From Vitrella brassicaformis CCMP3155 (lineage: Eukaryota > Protista > Chromerida): 64,000 nt of DNA. The stretch covers positions 1-64,000 of the forward strand of contig CDMY01000406.1 of NCBI GenBank assembly GCA_001179505.1, written 5' to 3'. Positions 48,944 to 61,975 of the stretch are shown one piece after another. The number at the start of each line of letters is the position of its first letter. The first letter of the stretch is position 1. The translations under genes and the position numbers were made by a program. The notes below the pieces were generated by a model, which worked only from the letters and a program-made list of their open reading frames with translations, was not told the origin of the DNA and made no database searches.

Positions 48944-51673
48944 ATGGCTGACAAGAGGGGCCCGTTCTCGGCCATCTTCGCGCTGCTCAACGCCTTCGAT
49001 GTGTGGCTGGCAAGGCGATACTACGTACTTTCGAGGGCCATTGGCCGCAGCCCCAAGGCCGTCGCTGTTGGTTGCTGTGTCGTCGCCGCGCTCGGTCTAT
49101 TGTGCTTCCTGCTATTGGTGCGAGAAGAGAATAGGGCGGAGAAGCTGTATTTTGACCAGGACAGCGAGGCGGCAAAGGTGGAGAAGCGCTACGAAGACAT
49201 CTGGGAGAAAAAGGGTTTGAGGGTCGGTTCGGTGCTGCTCGTGTGGCGGGGTAAGCTGACAAATGAGTGCAGATGAGCAGAGGTTGTTACTTCTTGCCGA
49301 CATGCTCTGGCTTCGTGCAGGTGATTTTGGTGGCAACGTGTTGGACGTGCAGCAATTCAAGGCTGCATATTCCATCTTCTCCGAGCTGTACACCTTGCCC
49401 TTCGACTACAACGGCCGTCAGCTGACTTACGAAGACATATGCTTCCGCCCGTCTGGCCCCGGCACGCCATGTGTCGTCACGTCCATATTCTCTGCCTGGG
49501 GAATCCCGCCATTGGACCAGAGTGTCATCGACGGTGTGACAACGAGACAGGAGATACTTGATCGGCTCAACGACCCTGCCGCAATGGATCACCGAAACGA
49601 GCCTCTGGTGGAGTCGCTGCCGAGCATCCTTCCCAAGGTCAAGAGAGACCAAGATGGAGACATCATCGAGGCGACCTCTTTCCAGGTATGTCCAAATACC
49701 AAGGAAGAGCGCTGCTTTCAATGGCATTTCTGCCCGCATTGGGTCAGTTCACCTTTGTGACCAGCGGCAGCGAGGACAAGGCACTTGAGTTTGAGGATGC
49801 ATTTGTCAAGGCAGTCCTCGACCCTGACACCGACGAGTACGGCAAGATTGGCGGATTCAATGTCTATCCAGTCACGGAAAGCTCTCTCAACAACGAGCTG
49901 GACAAAAGCACCTCTGAGGACTTCCCTTTGATGGTACAGAGAAAGAGCTGCTGTGTATACAGAGCTTCACACTGTACTGCGTGTCTCAGGTGGTGGCCTT
50001 TGTTGTCATGGTCAATTTTGCGATCACAGTGACCCTCAAAGTTGGCAATCTCGTCCGGTCTTGCACGGGGCTGGTGAGCATCACTGCGATTAAGGGTACA
50101 CACACCTCCCTATGGTCTGGTCGATCATCGTGCATGTTTGCAGGCGACACTGGGCGTCTTTGGTGTGGGCATGGGGCTCATCACAGGGTTTGGCCTGGGT
50201 GTGCTGTTCGGTGAGGATGCAGCATGCAAGACGATAGAAGAGATACACACAGCCAGGTCTTGTCTGTCGTATGTGTAGGTGTGCCCTTTGTGAGCATAGT
50301 TGGCACCGCCCCCTTCCTCGTGGTCGGTATAGGAATCGATGACATGTTCATCCAGATCGCCACCTTTGACGAGCAAGACCCCGATGAAGAGCCCGAGGAG
50401 CGAGTGGCCAAGGCGATGCAGGCTTTGGGCCGTCCATCACCATGACCACAGTGACCGACGTTGTGGCTTTCGGAGTTGGCGGCTTCTCGCTGTTTCCGGC
50501 CATCCAGTTTTTCTGTGTCTGCTGCTCTGCATCTCCATGGTCTTTGTCTTCATGGTCTGTGACAAGATGACATCTCATTGGTTGGAGACACGCACATGTG
50601 CTGTATGTGTTGGTTGTCAGGTCACCTTCTTTGTGGCTTTGCTCGTGCTGGATGCGAGAAGACAGAAGGCGAACCTGTAATCCAGCCGCAACAACACAGA
50701 CAGACAGACCTCCCTACATTAATAATGACTTCGCTGGGTGCAGGTCCGATTTCCCCTTGCTGTTCTGTTGCATGAAGTCAAAGGAGAGTGACATGTACAA
50801 GCAGCCCATAAGGGACGTGCCGTGGGGCCTGTCTGCAACAGTGAGGACAAGGCTGGGCCCGTTTCTCGCTCACCCGATCGTCAAGGCTGCTGTCGTCTTG
50901 GCGTATCTTGGACTGCTCTCTGGAGGTCAGAGGGGAAGGCGCACACAGACGTGGGGTCGTTGCTCATTCTTCTGTGTGTTGCAGCCATAGTGGGTGTATT
51001 AAAGCTCAAAGAGGGGCTAGAGCTGAAGAATTTAGCGCCCTTCTGCAGCTATTTCCGAGCAAGAATTCAAGCAGAGGAGGTGGGCAAGGCAAGGCAAGAC
51101 ACCACACGGCAACACAGCGCAGATTGCCGTATCTGTGTCTCATGCAGAAAACAGGCGCTGACATGGTCTCAAGTGAGCTGTCTGTGGCCGTGAGTCTCCG
51201 GAAGGTGGACTTCGCCACGCCGGCAACGCAGGCATCCATCGATGCCGTGACCAGGAAATTCGAGAAAAGCAAGTGGACAAACAGAGACCCACAAAGACGG
51301 GTAACGGCAATCGGACCTTTATGTGCAACTGAGTGCCTTTCCTCTGCATAACCCAGATCACGAGCTGGCTGCGGGGGTTTGAGGATTGGGAGACGAACCA
51401 AACAGCGGCGACGTGCCCGCCAGACTTCTCGGCGTGCCTCAACAACTTCCTTTCCACGGAAGGAGAGGTCAGCGAGACAGACAAACGGGCAAAGCACTCA
51501 CTCATGGAATGGACTTCGCTGCAGCGCTATGAGAAAGACGTCTTGAGGAGGCCGACCGATGGTACTGTGAAGGCCTCCCGCTATTTCGTGCTCACCAAAG
51601 CGACGCCAGACTTCCTGAAACAGGTATGCCAACCGACCGAACACACTTCACCCAAGTCAAATGCTTGGTCATG

Positions 51674-51704
<31 letters not shown>

Positions 51705-52795
51705 GACAGCGCAAGCTGATGACTGCCTATCGAGACATTGCCGAAGACTCTGATTTCGCCAGGAAGGGGGAGATTCTGGTCTATCATCCAGGCTTCTACT
51801 ATTTCGAGCAGAGTATCGTGATCCGAGATCAGACGCTCCTCAACCTGGGGTGCGCCGCCTCTGCTGTGCTCGTGTTGACCTACATCTTCCTGGCACACCC
51901 GGCCGTGTGTTTCTCTGTCCTGGTGGGCCTCTATCCATCAATGCATGTGATCATGCCTGCATACTCATTTTGGTTTCTCTGTGCTGTGCTGTGGTGTGCA
52001 TGGCTGCAGGTGATGATTGTGAGTATTGACGCCATGATTGTCGGCTACATGTCCCACTGGGGCATCCCTCTCGACTCGGTGCGCAGCTGTCTCACCGAAG
52101 CACAGTCAACGATACGTGTGTCTGTGTGTGTGTATGTTTGTTTGTGTCTCTGCTGGTTCAGATCACAATGATCAACCTTGTCATGGCCATCGGTGAGTAG
52201 GGGAACAGCAAGGCCACTGATATACATTATGACATGTCCGTCTCGGATTTCGGTGTAGGCTTTGCGGTCGATTATTCGGCCCACATCGCTCACGCCTTCA
52301 TGCAGGAGACAGGCACACACAACGAGCGCATGATCAAGGCCCTCCAGTCCATGGGTGTCTCCGTCGCCAACGGGGCGTTGTCCACGCTGCTGGCGACGCT
52401 GCCACTCATCGGCTCTTCCTCCTATATCTTTTATGTGTTCTTCCAAATGTTCTTCATGGCTGTTCTGTTCGGAGCCAGTGAGACACACACAGAGCACCTC
52501 ATGACCCCACACAAGAGTCCTTATCATTCTGTTCTTGTTCGTGGATGCAGCGCATGGTTTGATTTTCCTTCCCGTCTTGCTGTCTCTCATCGGTCCCCGG
52601 TCGTCATCACACCGATCCGCTGACGAGCAAAAGCCAAAAGACACGCGGAAGATCGAGCCTTCGGGCGAAGAGGAGTTGCCACGGCTGGCTCAGATGTCGG
52701 TACCCTCAGACCTGCAGACAGCGCCGGGCAACAGCAGTGACGACGGGGGAAAGGGGAAGGACGATAGTGGGAAAGGGGAAGATGCGACCGTGTAG
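48944..52795 (+). CDS. Patched/NPC1-family (RND, sterol-sensing domain) membrane protein
   Basis: PFLVVGIGIDDMFI, GPSITMTTVTDVVAF, FFVALLVLDARR, GFAVDYSAHIAHAF, GVSVANGALST, HGLIFLPVLLS. Confidence 0.92.
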
Positions 52796-53005
52796 TCGGG
52801 TTGAAAGATGGGAGACTCTTTCTTAGGAGATAGCCAGCGTTATGTTTGCTGTGTCTCTAGTCTGAAGACGTTCACATACGCAGATGTAAAATGAAGACAT
52901 TCCGCTCTCTTCCCATCAACACAACAGTCACCGACACGCCGGGTCTCTGCGAGCGCGAAAAATGCAGATCATCGCAGTCCCTCGCTCCTTAAGTCCCTCC
53001 CGGCG

Positions 53006-54069
53006 ATGGTGACTGCCCATCTCATGGTGGCGGCGCTCTTTGTGTGGTGCCTCGCCATCGGAGGCGTAGGCGGGTACGGCTCAAGCACTGGCACAGGTCG
53101 GAGGCGAAGCCACTGACACGACGCCAGCGCGTGGGTTGTCTGTTGGTTGACCTCTGCATGCAGGTCATGTGGTGCTGTTTGCCCATCCTCTCACGACGGC
53201 TCACCACAGCGGCTCAGCAGGTGAGTGCGGCCTGCTGCAGGCCGAACAAACCATGCAGCACCAGACAGGCAGACACTTCGGCGCCTCACTCGAGTGCACC
53301 GAAGAGCGCATGCACGCACACACAGTGTTTGTTATGGTGCGTTGGGGTGTGTGTGTGTGTGTGTGTTGGTGTGCGTGTGTGTAGGTGTAGGTGCCTACCG
53401 GCTGCGCGGCTCGTCGGGTACGCAGGCAGCGTCTTGCACACCACACCTCCCGAGCTGAGAGACTCCGTCATGTCTGTCTGGGCTTACACACAGTCTCACA
53501 CACACGCATTCATGTGTGCTGGTCTTCAGATGGGTCTCACCGGCCGCTGCTGTTGGCGCCCTCCTCTTCACACACGGTGAGTGAGAGGGGAGAGGGGGGG
53601 AGAGGGGTGAGAGGGGGGCTCCTTTCCATACTGTGTGTGTGTGTGTGTGTGTGTCTGTGTTTAGGCTCCGACGCTGGAGAGTGCGCTGTTTGCAGAGGGA
53701 GGCGGCGGAGAGTCGACAGGCAGCGGCAATGACGCGCCCACACAAGAACAAGAACGTAAGGCCACGAACGACAAGCAGACGGCCCGGCCGCCTTGTCTAC
53801 CGTCGTGTGTTCGTTTTTGTTTCCCATCAGTCAGGGAACTCATCCAGACACAGGGAGAGCTCATCAAGGCCAATATGGAACTCATCCAGGCGCAGGGACA
53901 GCTCATCCAGGCACAGCAGGACGCCCTCGCCAGTATTGTTGAAGAAAGCAGGAAGGGCTGGGAGGCCCACGACAAGAGGTGGCAGGACATCGTCAAATGA
54001 AACGAGATGAACATCAAGTACCTCCAGCGCTACATCGACACTACACCGAAGACTCAGCCCTTTCAGTGA
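53006..54069 (+). CDS. Coiled-coil protein with signal peptide + transit-peptide-like leader; in-frame TGA at 53998-54000
   Basis: Six phase-consistent exons: MVTAHLMVAALFVWCLAIGG|VMWCCLPILSRRLTTAAQQ|VPTGCAARRVRRQR...|...ELIQTQGELIKANMELIQAQGQLIQAQQ...IVK*NEMNIKYLQRYIDTTPKTQPFQ*. Confidence 0.5.
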
Positions 54070-54476
54070 GACCCCGATCCGGGTACGCACACAGACACCC
54101 AGTCAGCCCAATCCAGACGTCTGGATGGATGGTCTTCCTTGTGTCCATCCCCTCCTCCCTTTCCCTCCCCCTGTCGTCTATTGGTCCAGGAGGTCGGGGC
54201 GGTCCTCACTTGCCCCCTGATAGATGTGTTCTATCACCTATGGGGCAGATCACAGGCTGATGTGCGTGCGGTTGTGGGACGGAAGTATGAGTGGATCTCG
54301 TCTAATGTAGACAGCAATCTGCCATCCGCTCCTTCCCGTCCACACAAACGTCCTATTCAAATTCCCCATCTGAATAGCAGCCCATTTGAATAGGGTTTCG
54401 TCTTCTGCAGGGTTTGTGGGGTTTCGTCTTGAAATCAAAAATACACTTTCCAGCCCTCCTCCTTCCATCAGCGCGT

Positions 54477-55555
54477 ATGTCGAACCAACACCCTTCTGTC
54501 ATGCTGCCGTGTCACGACGGCGCCAAGTGGCCCAAGATCTGCGATATGGTCAAGAAGTACGCCAGCGGCGGCCCGCCCGACACCAATAGCCTCCGCCAGT
54601 TCATCATCGAGCTGCAGCACACCCTCACGAACAGCAAGCGGTTCACCATTGAACAGTTCAACTCCATCTTCGAGGCCATCCCGCCGTCTGACCAGAACCG
54701 ATTCCGCTCGTTCGCCATCCCCCAGATGTGCCGCAGCGTGCTCGCCATGCGCCGGCTCTTCCGGACGGCCGTCCCCGCGCTCATCCCGGGCCGCCTCGGT
54801 TGTGTGACGCTGACGGCCGAGCAGTGCTTCTCGCTGCTGGCGGCGGGTTTCCTGTGCATCTTGCCCTTCCAGAAGGGCCCGCCGGGCAGCCGAGGTCTGG
54901 CCATCAACTTCTTCGGTCTGTTCCGCAACACGCAGCCCAACAAGGTGCAGAAGCTGCAGTGCTTCGTGCTGTACTTCATCCGCATGAGTGAGATCATCGA
55001 CAAGGGCGACCGCGACGAGATGGACCGGCCGATCGAGTTCCGCCGGTTGGTGTCGCAGCGCCGCAGGGGCGCCGAGTGGTGGGGCAGGGCGGAGCAGGTG
55101 CTGGGCGAGGTGGTGGTCAAGGCCAGTGACGACAAGATCGAGGACTCCAACCAGCTGCAAGCCGACTTCGCCAACCGATGCCTCGGCGGCGGCGTGCTCT
55201 CGCAGGGTGAGGGGAGGGGACACATCCNNNNNNNNNNNNNNNNNNNNNNNNNNNNNNNNNNNNNNNNNNNNNNNNNNNNNNNNNNNNNNNNNNNNNNNNN
55301 NNNNNNNNNNNNNNNNNNNNNNNNNNNNNNNNNNNNNNNNNNNNNNNNNNNNNNNNNNNNNNNNNNNNNNNNNNNNNNNNNNNNNNNNNNNNNNNNNNNN
55401 NNNNNNNNNNNNNNNNNNNNNNNNNNNNNNNNNNNNNNNNNNNNNNNNNNNNNNNNNNNNNNNNNNNNNNNNNNNNNNNNNNNNNNNNNNNNNNNNNNNN
55501 NNNNNNNNNNNNNNNNNNNNNNNNNNNGGGAAGACCGCATGTGGTCATGATGCCT

Positions 55556-55607
<52 letters not shown>

Positions 55608-56936
55608 ATGTGGGTGGATGTGTCCGCAGGTTGTGTGCAGGAGGAGATTCGTTTCGCCATCTCCCCCGAGTTGGTGGTGTCGCGCCTGCTGATGGCCCCC
55701 CTGCTTCCGCTGGAGGCCGCAATCATCACGGGCAGCAAGCGCTTCACGGCCTACGACGGCTACGCCAGCAGCTTCACCTGCACCGGCCTCTGCACCGACC
55801 CCGCCCCCGTGCACCCGCGCAACAAGGCCGTCCACAGCTTCGTCGTAGCCCTCGACGCGACCAACTTCCACCATGCCGACCGGTCGGTCCAGTACGGTGT
55901 GGGCAACATGCTGCGGGAGACCAACAAGGCCCTGGCGGCCGTGCAGTTCAAGGACGTCAGAGCAGACAGCCTCGCGTTCGCATCTGGTGAGTGAGTGATT
56001 GAGGGGGAGGGCGGTCGGTGGGGCGATGCTGGGACGACACACACGTGGTGTGCGTGTTTGGGGTGTCTGTCTGTGTCAAGGCAACTGGGGCTGCGGTGCG
56101 TTTGGGGGCGATCCGCAGCTGAAGTTCCTGCTGCAGTGGATGGCGTGCAGTGTGGCGGACCGTGCGCTGCACTACTACCCCTTCACGGACCCCCGCGTCA
56201 AGAAGATGGCCGACGTGGTGCAGATGCTGCGGCAGGGCCAGTGGACGGTCGGGCGGCTGTGGACCTTCCTCCTCGACCGCAGTGCTGACAGCACACTCAA
56301 GACCAAGGGCGCATTCAAGACGCTCTTCGAACACCTCAACCAGACATACGCCGTGAGTGGAGAGAGTGCGACGGACACACACGCGGAGATCCATGCAATG
56401 CATGCATCCCCCTGTGTGTGTGTGGTGGGGATTGACAGGAGGAGGAGGAGGATATTCCCGTGCCGATGGAGGAAGAGGAGGCCCTCCCCGCCGACCAGCC
56501 TATGGACGAGGCTGAGCTCTACTTCAGTGGACTGGTGGGTGGGTTGTGGGCAAACATCACCAGCACACAGAAACACACATACACACACACACAAATGAGT
56601 GCATCCAACGGTTTTTGTGTGTCACACAGGGCGGTGATTTGGATTTCGGCGAGGACGAGCTGCTGGCTGGCCCGCACCTGCCGCCCGACGATGCCGACAT
56701 GGGCAACTACGAGCCCCCCAAGAACAACCATTCTGACGGTACGGACGCCCGACCATATGCCAAGGTGCCCAGTGCTGAGGAACCTGTTATGTGTGAGTAT
56801 CTGTTGTGTGTATGTCGGTCGATCAGCTGTGATGCGCGACACGGGGCGCGATGAGTCGGGCATGGATCGCCAGGGGTTCGACGACTTCCTCCTGGCACAC
56901 ATGGGCGGCGGCAGTAGCGCCAGCGACGACAAGTGA
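54477..56936 (+). CDS. PARG: Poly(ADP-ribose) glycohydrolase with acidic C-terminal tail (N gap inside an intron)
   Basis: [31 protein letters not shown] (PARG signature GGG-x6-8-QEE), YDGY, SGNWGCGAFGGD, KFLLQWMA. Confidence 0.95.
55228..55527. other. Assembly gap (300 N)
   Basis: Run of N. Confidence 1.
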
Positions 56937-57465
56937 CAACTAGGGGCAACCAATATGGCATAGTGGAGGGAGGGAGGGAGGGAGGGAGGGGGGAGAGAGA
57001 TGCTTAGCCATAGCGTGGTGAGAGATAGAGGGATGGGCCCTGCCTGCTTAGACAAATTGATTGGTCAGACGGACGGAGGCTTCCCCCCCAATCATCGTCC
57101 ATGAGTGAGTGCATGTGGGTCTGTCTGTGTGTGTGTGTTGTGTACAGTGTGGTTGCCCGTCGGTCAGACGCTGTTCGTTCCATCCAGTCAGTATGGACAC
57201 AATTACGGCATCAATCGCCGATGAGTCGAATTCGTGAGTCCATCGCATCCGCCAGCCACATGACAGACACAATCGCCATGCCACGCCACGCCGCCACACA
57301 CACAGGCAGAAGCATGATAAATAGGCTCACTCATTCACTGACTGACGGCCACACCACATTCTCTCACCGACAAACAAAACACAAATAAACAAACCGCCAC
57401 ATAGCCATTCCAGTAAGGACCACTAACTCTCGGCCCATACTCAGTCACTCGATGGCGATTGCAAA

Positions 57466-60400
57466 TTACTCCATCATCCCGTTGGCCGCCCCATGGTGTC
57501 CACCCGAGCTGCTCAGCTCGGCCTGCAGGGACTGCATCGGCACCAGCGAGGCGGGCTGCGGCGAGCCGGAGGCCGCGAGGGGGTTGACGGCCTGCAGACC
57601 CAGGGCATTGCCCAGCTCGCTGAACACACGCTGCAGCTCCTGACGCAAATGCCTTGAGTGGTGGGATGGGGTGGGACAGCAAAGCACACAGACAGATGGT
57701 GTGTATGTGTATGTGTATGTGGCTCAGCTCAGCTGCTCTGTTTGTTGTCTGTCTGTCTGTTGTGTTAGCTATGGTATGCCTTAATTGCCGCCTACGCGTC
57801 TTTGGATGCGATTGCCGCCGTCAGCTCAGGGAAGAGCGCCATCAGGTGGCACTTGGACCCTGCACAGACAGTACAACGACACACCACACACCACACACAG
57901 CTGATCTGATGCCCCCAGCCTTTTGCCGCCCCCTCCCCTCCCTGTCCGTCTGTCTGTCTGTCTGTCAGATGCGATGCTCACTCACCGGCGACTTTGCAGG
58001 CCTGCTGTATGTGTGTTGGGAGGATGTGTGCGTGGCAGTGTGTGAACACGGCGGGGTCGATGCTCAGCTGCCGCAGCTGGCCCAGCAGGAAAGACACCTC
58101 GTCGAGACGCGGCTTCGGCAACGGACACTGCACCGCACCAGCCAGAGCCACATGCCATGCAGCGCAGAGAGACATTTTGGCCGGCACCGCTGAGCTGAGC
58201 TGAGCTGACCTGTCCGCTGGTCATGTCGTCTCTGATGAACTCTCCCAGGATGGTGCGGCACCTGTCGAGCAGCACCGGCAGGGCCGCCGACGCCAGCACC
58301 ATGTCCAAACTCTTCTCCGCGGCTGGCTGCTGGGGGGCTGGGGCTGTCTGCGTCTGTGTGTGTGGGCCGGGGGGAGGGGGGCGAGGGGGCGGCGGGCTGC
58401 AGATCTCAAACAGCCTGCAGTGCAGTCGATTCGCCGGAGAGGCAGGATCACACACACAGATGCATTGCTTGTGAGGTGAGCTGAGGTTCTGGTTGGTTGT
58501 TTGCCCACTCACTTTGCGAGTGCAGTTCGTGCGAGGAGCGGCCTATCGCGGCTGACGGCGCAGTAGTGGTCCAACACATGAATCTGCACCAACAAGAGAA
58601 GGCATTACTGACACACTTAGGGTGGTGCTGCTAATGCTCTCTGGCCAATGAGTGACGGACTGACCGACCAGCATGTGGAAGATCCTCTTAGCGTCAGGGA
58701 TGGCGGCGGCCAGCCCCCTCCCGCGGCGCACAGTGAGGATGTCGCACGTCCTGCTCTTGACCACATGGTCATAGACCTCCCCCTCCTTGAGCAGCATCTG
58801 GTACTCAGCCCGCCCCAGGTGCTTCAGCCGCCCAACGTCCCACTCCAGCACCAAGTGACGCACCACCAGCCCCACCGACAGCCAGTACCGCTCAAGCACC
58901 TCCCTCTCCCTCTCCCTCTCTCGTGTAGCCGTCGTCACTCCTTCCCGGCCGCTCAGTGCCCGCACGGCCGTCATGGTGGATTGCAGCAGGTCGAGGATGC
59001 CCTCGTAGCCCAGCTTCCAGTACCCAAAAGTGCTCAGTGACGCGCCCGAGTGGGTGGACTTGGTGCGCACGAGCAGCAGGAAGGTGTGGAACAGGAAGGG
59101 GACGCACTCGAGCACCGTCCACACCCCCAGCAGCTGTGGCGAGGTTTGGCTGTCGGCTGGCGAGGATGACGGCGTGTCTGTGTGCTGCTGGGGAGGGAGA
59201 GGGGGAGAGGGAGAGGGCATCGTGGACGACGGCAGGAGAGGCCGTCTCGTTGCCGCCTTCCTTGTCTGCTGAGCCCCTGCCCGCTGTTGTCGCCTCTGCC
59301 GGCCGTCCCCTACGCCCACAGGCCGCTCGACCACAACCACGCTCCCCCGCTGCGGCAGGCTCACAGCCCGGCACACCGACACACCTGTCCGCCTGTCCAC
59401 AGCATCTTCCATCTCTCCCCCGTCGGCAGCAGCACTCGCCGCTCGCTGCTGCTCGTCCGTCGAATCGGCCGTCTGCTGCGGCGCGGTGAGGCCGTATTGG
59501 ATGGACGACGGGAGCAGCGGCGAGTGGACGCCCTTCTGCGCTGTGTGTGTGGGTGGAGGGGCGGGGGGCGGGGGAGGCGACGGGCGCCCAGGTGGTGAGA
59601 GTGTGGGCGGCATGAGGTCTGCGAGGATGGTGCGGACGGACTTGCAGATGAGGGAGAGGGTCTTGGCGGCGAGGGCCAGCTTGTTGCTGTCGACGAACAT
59701 GATGCGCGGATGAAGCAGCACGTGGCACAGCTGACACACAACAGAAAGAAGATCACTCACACACACTCACACACACACACGCACACACAGGCGCTTCTTT
59801 CCCCTTAGTCTGTGCAGCAGACAGACCTGTTGCCATATCCTGGGCACGGCGATCATCACATGCTCCCTCCCCTCCCCCGCACACCGCCGCACCTCCCAAT
59901 CCAACACAACAACGCCCACACCGCCCCCGCCATTGGAACCGCCATCGTCCACACGGCAATAATGCGCCGGCACCAGGCCGTAGCCCTCCCCGCCCCCACT
60001 CACAACATACGGCTGCCCCAGCAGCTTCTCAACGTACTCGAGTACGAGCGACTGGGGGTACGGCACGCGCAGCGTCGAGATGTGGTAGAAGTTCAGCTCC
60101 ATGAAGTTCTCCTCGGGTGTCTGGGGGCCGGGCTTCTTCTTGTCGGCTTCTGGGGCGTCTGGGGGAGGGGGCGGGGGAGGGGAGGTGGCTGGGAGGGACT
60201 GCGGGAAGTGTTTCTGGTACTGGGCATTCTTCTGCACGCACTTCCTGCAACCAAGGGAACAAACGAGCCAGCAATGAGGTAGGAGTCTCCCTCTGATCTC
60301 TGCGCCCGTCTGCGTGTGTGTGTACCAGGGCGGCGTGGGCTGTTTGGTGTAGGCGTTGACCGGGGGCAGCTGCCCCCACCCCTCCTCCCTCCTCTCGTAC

Positions 60401-61943
60401 GCCTCCATAACGCGCCACTCGTCCACCAGCCCCTCCCCATCCACAGAAAGCCGATCCAGCGACGGGGGCACATCCGTCCTTGCCCGCACATAGGGGTCGA
60501 ACCGGTCGATAGTCGACCGCACGGACGGCAACCCCTCCTCAGCCAGAGCGTAGTGCCTGGAATGCTCGAACTGACGCTTGTAGGCGGCGAAGCAAGAGGC
60601 GTATGGCGGCGCTGAGAGGGGGAGGAGGGAGGGGTGGGGGGAGGGGGAGGTGAACAGCGATGGGAAGATTGCGGGGCCGTCCAGTGGGCGGCCGTCGGTC
60701 TCTGCCGGGGGGGTCGGCTGCACACACGGCGACACTGCTCCATCCACCGGCGACGCTGAGAGAGAGAGAGAACACGCGATGAGCGAGTTTCTTTCATGTG
60801 TGTGTCTTGTCTGTGGTCTGGTCTGTGTGAGGAAGTTCGGACCTTTTCCCCCGTGTGAAGGGTGTGTGTGCGGCAGCTGGACTGGTGTGGCATTGGGGAG
60901 GTAGTAGCATCTCGAGGTGAGGAGGCTGACGAAGAGCTGTGTGACCAGGAGGTGGTGCACGGGCTGCATCGACGAGGCGTGGCTCATCCGCACCTCACCC
61001 AGACTCTGAACCAGCACCTGCACATACACACACCCAACACATCACGATACTCACGGGCACATCCACCACCCCATGGATCCCCCCGGGCGTGGCGTACTTC
61101 AACGAACTTCTCGGGTATGACGTCCATGTGGCTTATCTGCTCGCCCACATAGCGGAAGATACTCCAGCCGCTCCCCCAGACGGAGAACCACATCCGGTCG
61201 CACACCACCACCCCCTCGCACGCCACGCACTCCTGCCAACCCCACCCAATTTCCATGCGAATCGCCGCCTGCTGCTGCTGCTGATGCGGCTCTTGGAAGG
61301 TCTCCCCTTGATCGGTGACGTCTGTGGTGTCACTGGTGGTGTGGTTATCGTTGCGTGTGATATAGATGGGCTGCTGGCTGTTGGGAATGCGGATCAGGTC
61401 GGCCAGCGTGCGGGCGGCAGCGCTGCTCACTGCACCAAGCAAGATACCCCACACAGACGACAGACATAGACAACATGTGTTCGAATGCACTGACTGACTG
61501 TCCGCCTGACCTTCGACAGAGGGCGCGGGGAAAGACCCCTGTGTGTGCCGTGCGTCGCTGGTGGTGTCTGCCAGCGTCAAAGCCGCCCTGGTGAGCTCCA
61601 GCAGCGCCAGGGCTGCCGGCGCGAGCGACTGCAGACCGACCACGGGCACATAGCCATTCAGCACACGGTACACCTGAAGACACAAAGACAAACCTCACCA
61701 CCAGACACGTAGCCAGGTCTGTGTGTCTGACTTACCCCCTGCAGCGTGAGCACAAGAGTCTCGTCCCACTGCTTGACGACAGAGTCGCGGCTATGGTGGA
61801 TGACCAGGGGGGTGGAGGCGCCCCCAACAGCATGATGGTGTGCGGTGGAAGGAGTGGTCGGCGCCGCTGTCCCATAGAGAGCCAGGTGGTACCGCTGATG
61901 AACCTGGTGCAGCGTGCGAACCAACACCTCCACCACACAGCTG

Positions 61944-61975
<32 letters not shown>

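Noticed and set aside
19469-54000. UGA=Trp recoding suggested by two TGA codons where Trp is expected or plausible
   Set aside because: Trp is encoded by TGG throughout, and TGA terminates clear genes (OMPDC, SBP-like, EEP); TGG>TGA is a common transition
53998-54400. Selenocysteine at the in-frame TGA
   Set aside because: No redox-motif context and no SECIS recognised by eye; not formally excluded without a SECIS search
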